DNA from: Nemertoderma westbladi
Lineage: Eukaryota > Animalia > Xenacoelomorpha
DNA length: 51,767 nt
Direction: 5' to 3'
Assembly (NCBI GenBank): GCA_032718475.1
Contig: JAUCBJ010004445.1
Coordinates: forward strand, 1-51,767
This document shows, piece after piece, positions 26,801 through 36,862 of the stretch. The first letter of the stretch is position 1; each line of letters begins with the position of its first letter. The translations under genes and the position numbers were made by a program. The notes under the pieces were generated by a model. The model was given only the letters and a program-made list of their open reading frames with translations, was not told the origin of the DNA and searched no databases.

Positions 26801-29549
26801 GGCCGCATTGAGGATATATTTGTTTTTCTAGCCCACATTGAGGATATATTTGTTTTTCTAGGCCGCATTGAGAACATATTTGTTTTTCTAGGCCGCATTG
26901 AACATATATTTGTTTTTCTAGGCCGCATTGAACATATATTTGTTTTTCTAGGCCGCATTGAACATATATTTGTTTTTCTAGGCCGCATTGAACATTTATT
27001 TGTTTTTCTAGGCCGCATTCAACATATATTTGTTTTTCTAGGCTGCATTGAACATATATTTGTTTTTCTAGGCCACATTGAACATATATTTGTTTTTCTA
27101 GGCCGCATTGAACATATATTTGTTTTTCTATGCCGCATTGAACATATATTTGTTTTTCTAGGCCGCATTAAACATATTTTTTTTTTCTAGGCCGCATTGA
27201 GAATATATTTGTTTTTCTAGCCCACATAGAGGATATATTCGTTTTTCTAGACCTCATTGCTGATATATTTTTTTTCTAGGCCGCATTGAGAATATATTTG
27301 CTTTTCTATGCCGCATTGAACATATATTTGTTTTTCTAGGCCGCATTGAGAATATATTTGTTTTTCTAGACCTCATTGCACATATATTTTTTTTAGGCCG
27401 CATTGAGAATATATTTGTTTTTCTAGCCCACATTGAGGATAGATATATTTGTTTTTCTAGACCTCATTGCACATATATTTTTTTTCTAGGCCGCTTTGAG
27501 AATATATTTGTTTTTCTATGCCGCATTGAACATATATTTGTTTTTCTATGCCGCATTGAACATATATTTGTTTTTCTAGGCCGCATTGAGAATATATTTG
27601 TTTTTCTAGGCCGCATTGAGAATATATTTGTTTTTCTAGGCCGCATTGAACATATATTTGTTTTTCTAGGCCGCATTGAACATATATTTGTTTTTCTAGA
27701 CCTCATTGCACATATATTTTTTTTTAGGCCGCATTGAGAATATACTTGTTTTTCTAGGCCGCATTGAGGATATATTTGTTTTTCTAGCCCACATTGAGGA
27801 TTTATTTGTTTTTCTAGGCCGCATTGAGAATATATTTGTTTTTCTAGGCCGCATTGAACATATATTTATTTTTCTAGGCCGCATTGAACATATATTTGTT
27901 TTTCTAGGCCGCATTGAACATATATTTGTTTTTCTAGGCCGCATTGAGAATATATTTGTTTTTCTAGACCTCATTGCACATATATTTTTTTTCTAGGCCG
28001 CATTGAGAATATATTTGTTTTTCTAGCCCACATTGAGGATATATTTGTTTTTCTAGACCTCATTGCACATATATTTTTTTTCTAGGCCGCATTGAGAATA
28101 TAATTGTTTTTCTAGCCCACATTGAGGATATATTCGTTTTTCTAGGCCGCATTGAACATATATTTGTTTTTCTAGGCCGCATTGAACATATATTTGTTTT
28201 TCTAGACCTCATTGCACATATATTTTTTTTAGGCCGCATTGAGAATATACTTGTTTTTCTAGGCCGCATTGAACATATATTTGTTTTTCTAGGCCGCATT
28301 GAACATATATTTGTTTTTCTAGGCCGCATTGAGAATATATTTGTTTTTCTAGGCCGCATTGAGAATATATTTGTTTTTCTAGGCCGCATTGAACATATAT
28401 TTGTTTTTCTAGACCTCATTGCACATATATATTTTTTTAGGCCGCATTGAGAATATACTTGTTTTTCTAGGCCGCATTGAACATATATTTGTTTTTCTAG
28501 GCCGCATTGAGAATATATTTGTTTTTCTAGGCCGCATTGAACATATATTTGTTTTTCTAGGCCGCATTGAACATATATTTGTTTTTCTAGACCTCATTGC
28601 ACATATATTTTTTTTAGGCCGCATTGAAAATATACTTGTTTTTCTAGGCCGCATTGAACATATATTTGTTTTTCTAGGCCGCATTGAACATATATTTGTT
28701 TTTCTAGGCCGCATTGAGAATATATTTGTTTTTCTAGGCCGCATTGAACATATATTTGTTTTTCTAGGCCGTATTGAACATATATTTGTTTTTCTAGGCC
28801 GCATTGAACAAATATTTGTTTTTCTAGGCCGCATTGAGAATATATTTGTTTTTCTAGGCCGCATTGAGAATATATTTGTTTTTCTAGGCCGCATTGAACA
28901 TTTATTTGTTTTTCTAGGCCACATTCAACATATATTTGTTTTTCTAGGCCGCATTGAACATATATTTGTTTTTCTAGGCCGCATTGAGAATATATTTGTT
29001 TTTCTAGGCCGCATTGAACATATATTTGTTTTTCTAGGCCGCATTGAACATATATTTGTTTTTCTAGGCCGCATTGAACATATATTTGTTTTTCTAGGCC
29101 GCATTGAACATATATTTGTTTTTCTAGGCCGCATTGAGAATATATTTGTTTTTCTAGCCCACATTGAGGATATATTTGTTTTTCTAGGCCGCATTGAACA
29201 TATATTTGTTTTTCTAGGCCGCATTGAACATATATTTGTTTTTCTAGGCCGCATTGAGGATATATTTGTTTTTCTAGGCCGCATTGAGAATATAGAGAAT
29301 ATATTTGTTTTTCTAGGCCGCATTGAACATATATTTGTTTTTCTAGGCCGCATTGAACATATATTTGTTTTTATAGGCCGCATTGAGGATATATTTGTTT
29401 TTCTAGGCCGCATTGAGAATATAGAGAATATATTTGTTTTTCTAGGCCGCATTGAACATATATTTGTTTTTCTAGGTCGCATTGAACATATATTTGTTTT
29501 TATAGGCTGCATTGAACATATATTTGTTTTTCTAGGCCGCATTGAACAT
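20860..29549 (+). repeat. 30-bp satellite, ~290 copies; the unit is the ACMSD 3' splice site plus the first 14 exon nt
   Basis: Unit ATATTTGTTTTTCTAG|GCCGCATTGAACAT. The last copy runs directly into exon sequence GGGTTTGACGTTCGG. Confidence 0.98.
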
Positions 29550-29700
29550 GGGTTTGACGTTCGGCCTGACCTGTGTGCGACGAAGAACAAATACAACCCA
29601 AAGAAGTATTTGAAACAATTATACACTGACAGTCTGGTTCACGGGGGGTTCGCATTGGATTATTTATTGCATGTTATAGGCGAAGATAACATTATGATGG
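29536..29700 (+). CDS. ACMSD: ACMSD internal exon (GRIEHGFDVRPDLCATKNKYNPKKYLKQLYTDSLVH...VIGEDNIMMG)
   Basis: CTAG/GTAGG flanked, 165 nt, phase 1/1. Matches GRISHGFSMRPDLCA...YTDALVH of animal ACMSD. Confidence 0.95.
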
Positions 29701-29892
29701 GTAGGTCAATATGGGGAGAGCCATACAATAGGTAACGGTTATATAAAGGACTAATGGTAAAATAAACTAATGTATCACAACATAAATCAGAAAGGACTGA
29801 TGCGCGATTGCAAATAGTATTATTATTAGAACATTACAACAATCATAATATATTTGTTATTTTGGTTTACTTACAAACGTAAGATATTTTGT

Positions 29893-30744
29893 TTAGTAAC
29901 TCCAATATATTTTCTGCTATTACAGGCAGCGACTATCCCTACCCTTTAGGCGAACATTGTCCGTTAGTAACTCCAATATATTTTCTGATATTACAGGCAG
30001 CGACTATCCCTACCCTTTAGGCGAACATTGTCCGTTAGTAACTCCAATATATTTTCTGCTATTACAGGCAGCGACTATCCCTACCCTTTAGGCGAACATT
30101 GTCCGTTAGTAACTCCAATATATTTTCTGCTATTACAGGCAGCGACTATCCCTACCCTTTAGGCGAACATTGTCCGTTAGTAACTCCAATATATTTTCTG
30201 CTATTACAGGCAGCGACTATCCCTACCCTTTAGGCGAACATTGTCCGTTAGTAACTCCAATATATTTTCTGCTATTACAGGCAGCGACTATCCCTACCCT
30301 TTAGGCGAACATTGTCCGTTAGTAACTCCAATATATTTTCTGCTATTACAGGCAGCGACTATCCCTACCCTTTAGGCGAACATTGTCCGTTAGTAACTCC
30401 AATATATTTTCTGCTATTACAGGCAGCGACTATCCCTACCCTTTAGGCGAACATTGTCCGTTAGTAACTCCAATATATTTTCTGCTATTACAGGCAGCGA
30501 CTATCCCTACCCTTTAGGCGAACATTGTCCGTTAGTAACTCCAATATATTTTCTGCTATTACAGGCAGCGACTATCCCTACCCTTTAGGCGAACATTGTC
30601 CGTTAGTAACTCCAATATATTTTCTGATATTACAGGCAGCGACTATCCCTACCCTTTAGGCGAACATTGTCCGTTAGTAACTCCAATATATTTTCTGCTA
30701 TTACAGGCAGCGACTATCCCTACCCTTTAGGCGAACATTGTCCG
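29893..30744 (+). repeat. 71-bp tandem array, 12 copies; the unit is branchpoint, pyrimidine tract, AG and the first 38 nt of the last ACMSD exon
   Basis: Unit TTAGTAACTCCAATATATTTTCTGCTATTACAG|GCAGCGACTATCCCTACCCTTTAGGCGAACATTGTCCG, starting at 29893, 29964, ... 30674. Two copies carry a C>A variant. Confidence 0.98.
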
Positions 30745-30891
30745 GGGAAGTTAATATCGGAATGGAATCTAACCCAAACAACTAGAGATAAACTCTTGTA
30801 TAAAAACGCAGTGACCTTCTTTGGGTTGGGAGACAAGAAGTTGCCTCTAATCGATTCTGTAGGAGAAATTGGCGTCGTACAAACGGATTGA
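30707..30891 (+). CDS. ACMSD: ACMSD terminal coding exon (GSDYPYPLGEHCPGKLISEW...KNAVTFFGL...stop)
   Basis: Phase-1 acceptor of the last 71-bp copy; conserved G[ST]DYP motif; TGA at 30889-30891. Confidence 0.93.
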
Positions 30892-31011
30892 CCACAAAAA
30901 TATTATAATATTTAGTTCAAAGTGTATTAATTGTAATCATAAATAATTGCAACATTACTTCGATGCGAATGCTTTATCGCAATGAATATATTAACTTTAC
31001 TTTACTAGTGA

Positions 31012-31049
31012 AATAAAGTAACTTTTTACAAAACAATATTTAGAATAAA
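31012..31049 (+). terminator. Candidate polyadenylation signals for ACMSD
   Basis: AATAAA at 31012 and 31044, 120-155 nt after the stop. The AT-rich context lowers specificity. Confidence 0.4.
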
Positions 31050-31844
31050 GTCCACCGTTTGCCACAATTAATTAAACCTGACAGCTCTACAGCACATCAA
31101 AGCGTACCAATTAAAGCACATAATAACACGATGTCAATTTACTTTCACTAAATGTAGGACATCTTGTGCACAACTTCAATGACACCACAAATTTATTATA
31201 AGATTACGCTTTGGTAATTATATTTCTGGTGTTCTATAATGTACAATAAGTGAATATTCGCCTAAAGTTTAGTGCGGCCATGTCCATCTGGTTATGAGTC
31301 AGTCTGACTCAATGTAATTGAATCGCGATATCTCACCGAGACTTGTTGAAGTTTTCATACAGGTCAATGCCTATTTGGAGCGATTAAACACTGTATGATG
31401 AGGTAAACAGACTTGGTGTGCACGATGTCCCCACAACGGGTATCAATAAACAGTATAAATATATAACCTACATGACAAATTATTAGTTTATATAAAAACA
31501 TTACATTACGTTAATACAAAAAATAAACCAAATAGCGCATTAAACTCTTACATAAAGTAGCACCACCCAATGATAAACAATAAATTAACTAAAATAAAAC
31601 ACCTTGGCTCAACATCAATTTAAAACTTACAATGTATATATAGTTTAAATTATTGTAAAATATATAAAAACAAATCAACCATGCAGCAGTTAATTACTAA
31701 TTAATTGGTAGTTAAAATCTACAATTAAAATGTGCATTTCGAATTACTTCCCCGGGAGATATTGCGTTATACCTTGTGGGAGTAGAGATGAGTAAATATT
31801 TTGACTGGAACTGGTAGGTAATAATTGCCGTCATCAATAATCTG

Positions 31845-33877
31845 ACTGATCCCAACTGGACTGATCCCAACTGGACTGATCCCAACTGGACTGATCCCAA
31901 CTGGACTGATCCCAACTGGACTGATAGTGATACCAACTGGACTGATCCCAACTGGACTGATCCCAACTGGACTGATCCCAACTGGACTGATCCCAACTGG
32001 ACTGATCCCAACTGGACTGATCCCAACTGGACTGATCCCAACTGGACTGATCCCAACTGGACTGATCCCAACTGGACTGATCCCAACTGGACTGATCCCA
32101 ACTGGACTGATCCCAACTGGACTGATCCCAACTGGACTGATCCCAACTGGACTGATCCCAACTGGACTGATCCCAACTGGACTGATCCCAACTGGACTGA
32201 TCCCAACTGGACTGATCCCAACTGGACTGATAGTGATACCAACTGGACTGATCCCAACTGGACTGATCCCAACTGGACTGATAGTGATACCAACTGGACT
32301 GATCCCAACTGGACTGATCCCAACTGGACTGATCCCAACTGGACTGATCCCAACTGGACTGATCCCAACTGGACTGATCCCAACTGGACTGATCCCAACT
32401 GGACTGATCCCAACTGGACTGATCCCAACTGGACTGATCCCAACTGGACTGATCCCAACTGGACTGATCCCAACTGGACTGATCCCAACTGGACTGATCC
32501 CAACTGGACTGATCCCAACTGGACTGATCCCAACTGGACTGATCCCAACTGGACTGATCCCAACTGGACTGATCCCAACTGGACTGATCCCAACTGGACT
32601 GATCCCAACTGGACTGATCCCAACTGGACTGATCCCAACTGGACTGATCCCAACTGGACTGATACCAACTGGACTGATACCAACTGGACTGATACCAACT
32701 GGACTGATACCAACTGGACTGATACCAACTGGACTGATACCAACTGGACTGATCCCAACTGGACTGATCCCAACTGGACTGATACCAACTGGACTGATAC
32801 CAACTGGACTGATACCAACTGGACTGATCCCAACTGGACTGATACCAACTGGACTGATACCAATTGGACTGATCTCAACTGGACTGATCCCAACTGGACT
32901 GATCCCAACTGGACTGATCCCAACTGGACTGATACCAACTGGACTGATCCCAACTGGACTGATCCCAACTGGACTGATACCAACTGGACTGATACCAACT
33001 GGACTGATACCAACTGGACTGATACCAACTGGACTGATACCAACTGGACTGATCCCAACTGGACTGATCCCAACTGGACTGATCCCAACTGGACTGATCC
33101 CAACTGGACTGATCCCAACTGGACTGATCCCAACTGGACTGATCCCAACTGGACTGATCCCAACTGGACTGATCCCAACTGGACTGATCCCAACTGGACT
33201 GATCCCAACTGGACTGATCCCAACTGGACTGATCCCAACTGGACTGATCCCAACTGGACTGATCCCAACTGGACTGATCCCAACTGGACTGATCCCAACT
33301 GGACTGATCCCAACTGGACTGATCCCAACTGGACTGATCCCAACTGGACTGATCCCAACTGGACTGATACTGATACCAACTGGACTGATCCCAACTGGAC
33401 TGATCCCAACTGGACTGATCCCAACTGGACTGATCCCAACTGGACTGATCCCAACTGGACTGATCCCAACTGGACTGATCCCAACTGGACTGATAGTGAT
33501 ACCAACTGGACTGATCCCAACTGGACTGATCCCAACTGGACTGATCCACGCTGATACCAACTGGACTGATCCCAACTGGACTGATCCCAACTGGACTGAT
33601 CCCAACTGGACTGATCCCAACTGGACTGATCCCAACTGGACTGATCCCAACTGGACTGATCCCAACTGGACTGATCCCAACTGGACTGATCCCAACTGGA
33701 CTGATCCCAACTGGACTGATCCCAACTGGACTGATACCAACTGGACTGATCCCAACTGGACTGATACCAACTGGACTGATCCCAACTGGACTGATCCCAA
33801 CTGGACTGATCCCAACTGGACTGATCCCAACTGGACTGATCCCAACTGGACTGATACCAACTGGACTGATCCCAACT
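31845..33877. repeat. 15-bp minisatellite, ~135 copies
   Basis: Unit ACTGATCCCAACTGG with GATACC variants and occasional 6-nt insertions (TAGTGA). Confidence 0.98.
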
Positions 33878-34090
33878 TAAGGGGCTTTTCGTAAGAGACA
33901 GAATTCTACACCGGATGAGAGTTTATATGTAAAAGCAATACGATTATCGATTCGATACATGAAACCCTACAGTATGCACCAGGAAATGAAATAATCGAAA
34001 TAAACCCACCGGCATATATATATATATATACTAATAAATGAATCAATAACTCTAACCTAAATCCACTATTCGCTCCATTGTCACCTAATA

Positions 34091-34622
34091 TTTGCAAACT
34101 CAACTCAAACTTTGGGTTAAACATTGCAAACTCAACTCAAACTTTGGGTTAAACATTGCAAACTCAACTCAAACTTTGGGTTAAACATTGCAAACTCAAC
34201 TCAAACTTTGGGTTAAACATTGCGAACTCAACTCAAACTTTGGGTTAAACATTGCAAACTCAACTCAAACTTTGGGTTAAACATTGCAAACTCAACTCAA
34301 ACTGTGGGTTAAACATTGCAAACTCAACTCAAACTTTGGGTTAAACATTGCAAACTCAACTCAAACTGTGGGTTAAACATTGCAAACTCAACTCAAACTG
34401 TGGGTTAAACATTGCAAACTCAACTCAAACTTTGGGCTAAACATTGCGAACTCAACTCAAACTGTGGGTTAAACATTGCGAACTCAACTCAAACTTTGGG
34501 TTAAACATTGCAAACTCAACTCAAACTTTGGGCTAAACATTGCGAACTCAACTCAAACTGTGGGTTAAACATTGCGAACTCAACTCAAACTTTGGGTTAA
34601 ACATTGCGAACTCAACTCAAAC
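34091..34622. repeat. 32-bp minisatellite, ~16 copies, at the start of the SLC37A4-like 3' UTR
   Basis: Unit GCAAACTCAACTCAAACTTTGGGTTAAACATT; period 32 (34094, 34126, 34158). Confidence 0.97.
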
Positions 34623-34625
34623 AGA

Positions 34626-34795
34626 CTAACTCTGCTTAGCCTTGACTGCCTGTCCAATACGATTGTCCAATGTGTTGGCCAAGATAGCTATAGGAATGGT
34701 CACCAAGATAGCTAATTCTAGAACAAAGAATGCCCCAGTCCAACCATGGTACTTCGCAACCATGGCAACAGGAAGACCTGCCATAAATCCACCAC
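34626..34795 (-). CDS. SLC37A4: Terminal coding exon of a glucose-6-phosphate exchanger-like MFS transporter (GGFMAGLPVAMVAKYHGWTGAFFVLE...KAKQS stop)
   Basis: TTGCAG acceptor, phase 1. Resembles [26 protein letters not shown] of G6PT, with a lysine-containing C-terminus. Not in the ORF track. Confidence 0.88.
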
Positions 34796-34993
34796 CTGCA
34801 ACAATAACAAGTAATGTAATGTAAGTCTAAATAGAAAGTTGGGTAGAAATTCTCGTTTCAGTTTCAGAAAGTAAATACGTATTTGAACATAAAATTAATT
34901 TATCGGATTTTAACCAAAAAACGTGAAACAAGTAGATTATGGCAGATACCGATAAATAACTCCATTGACTCACTATTTGCTTGAGTTACTTAC

Positions 34994-35132
34994 AGTTAGC
35001 CGCGAGGGCTATTATTGCGTGAATGGAACCACTAATGTTTGGTGGGGAACATTCTGTTCCTAGAATCCCAAGGATACATATAGAGGCGTATGTTGTGAAT
35101 CCGATTGCACCGGATATAAGAAGCAGCAACGG
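34994..35132 (-). CDS. SLC37A4: Penultimate coding exon of the same transporter (PLLLLISGAIGFTTYASICILGILGTECSPPNISGSIHAIIALAAN)
   Basis: TGTAG/GTAAGT flanked, 139 nt, phase 0/1, in frame with the next exon. Resembles [36 protein letters not shown]. Confidence 0.88.
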
Positions 35133-35418
35133 CTACAAATGGATAATAATACATGAGATAACAATCTACTAACTTGTTTGGTCCGCTATTATTCGGGCAG
35201 GTCGTATTCAAGTATAATTGATTACTACGCAGGGAGGATGCCACTTTATTACAGCAAATAAATTGGCAATGTTGTTATTCATGAAAGAATTAATATATTC
35301 CAGAAAAAGTTACATAGATAATAATTTTAGTGAGTTTCTTTAATATCAATATATCTGTAAACTACCACAATTATTATAGGTCAATGACTAATAATGGGGC
35401 GAATAGAGAACTTATCAA

Positions 35419-35578
35419 TGTGTGAGCTGAAAAAGTTAGTGAAATAAAGTTGTGTGAGCTGAAAAAGTTAGTGAAATAAAGTTGTGTGAGCTGAAAAAGT
35501 AGTGAAATAAAGTTGTGTGAGCTGAAAAAGTTAGTGAAATAAAGTTGTGTGAGCTGAAAAAGTTAGTGAAATAAAGTT
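35419..35578. repeat. 32-bp tandem repeat, 5 copies
   Basis: Unit TGTGTGAGCTGAAAAAGTTAGTGAAATAAAGT. Confidence 0.95.
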
Positions 35579-35681
35579 TAATTTTGAAAATTTACTCCTC
35601 TTCCGGAAAGTGAAATTAATTCACTAATTTTTAGAAATATTAGTGAGAAAAAGCGGATTTTTCAAATAATAACTATTTATT

Positions 35682-35813
35682 ATATTGTGTATAATGTAGG
35701 ACTTTATCTCACGTCGGTCCCGAGTGTTAATATTTACACGAACAGGCGCAGCGAGTGAGTGAAATATTGAAACGAGGGACCGAAGTGAAATAAAGGTACA
35801 TTATACACAATAT
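35682..35813. repeat. ~130-bp imperfect palindrome (MITE-like)
   Basis: ATATTGTGTATAATGTA pairs with TACATTATACACAATAT; inner arms TCGGTCCC / GGGACCGA. Confidence 0.75.
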
Positions 35814-35814
35814 A

Positions 35815-36641
35815 CACCATGACCCGTAAAATAGTGTCATTTTCTGATGACACGGACCCCCCCCCCTCCAAATTTTTCTACAAATCTTTATCATATTGCT
35901 TGAAATTTAAAACACAACTAGTTCAACTTACCGTGGTTGTTACCATGAAGCCGGAATTTTCGATTTCGCCTTTAAATTTTTTTTATAAGCGTTTTAAAAA
36001 AGTGTCTTTTGCGAAATTGCACATCTCCTATCATCGCCATTCTTCACATTAACCTCGCTTTATAGATATTATTAAAAAGCTTGCGTTCCAAGTATTCCAA
36101 ATATGTAACAATGTCTGAATTTCGTTGAGAAACAACTGAGAAATAGGCATTCAAAGATTGCAATAATTATTGTTCGCTGAAGGCCATTTATTCTATTTAA
36201 TAAATAGACAAAATTCTGGAACAATTTGTTTATGTATGATTAGCTACGCAATATCGATATTCTATGGGCATACGATTGTTGCCAACCAACTCATAAAATA
36301 AATAACACGTTCCAGAATATTAGTGTATTTATTAAATAGAATAAATGGCCTTCAGCGAACAATAATTCTTGCAATCTTTGAACGCCTATATCTCAGTTGT
36401 TTCTCAACGAAATTCAAACATTGTTACATATTTGGAATCCTTGGAACGCAAGCTTTTTAATAATATCTGCTTATAATATCTTATAATATCTAATGATTCC
36501 GGCTTCATGTTAACAACCACGGTGAGTTGAACTAGTTGTGTTTCAAATTTCAAACAATATGATAAAGATTTGTAGAAAAATTTTTTGGGGGGGGGGGGGA
36601 GCGTGTCATCAGAAAATGACACTATATTACGGGTCATGGTG
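35815..36641. mobile_element. Foldback/MITE with long inverted arms and TA flanks (Tc1/mariner-type signature)
   Basis: TA-CACCATGACCCGTAA ... TTACGGGTCATGGTG-TA. Arms of ~330-400 bp give mirror ORFs 35819+ and 36637-. Short central spacer. Confidence 0.85.
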
Positions 36642-36862
36642 TAATATGTTACTTTATTGTTAAATTTCTGGATTAGTTAACAAAGATGTGTAATTTTTTT
36701 TTTTAAGAATCAACTCCCCCAACCGGGGTAAAAGGAAAGTATATTAATAATAATTATATTATATACATTAACATTAAAATCTAGCACAGTAAAAGTGTAA
36801 TTTGTAATTAACTAAATATTAATATTATAATACATTACTTAAAAAGAAGAAAGACCGTTCGT

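Noticed and set aside
20846-29626. Many ORFs of (MRPRKTNICS)n or (IEHIFVFLGR)n
   Set aside because: Translations of the 30-bp array; only 29536-29700 is a supported exon.
29893-30744. Intron gain via the internal TTAG|GC proto-splice site (first-copy donor to last-copy acceptor)
   Set aside because: It would restore the frame but needs a GCGAAC donor, far from consensus. Not supported without RNA data, though not excluded.
31712-33894. 600-700 aa ORFs (GSVQL, ISPVG, IPTGL, WTDPN repeats) resembling pentapeptide-repeat or antifreeze proteins
   Set aside because: A 15-bp unit is open in several frames on both strands. No unique domain, credible start or splice context.
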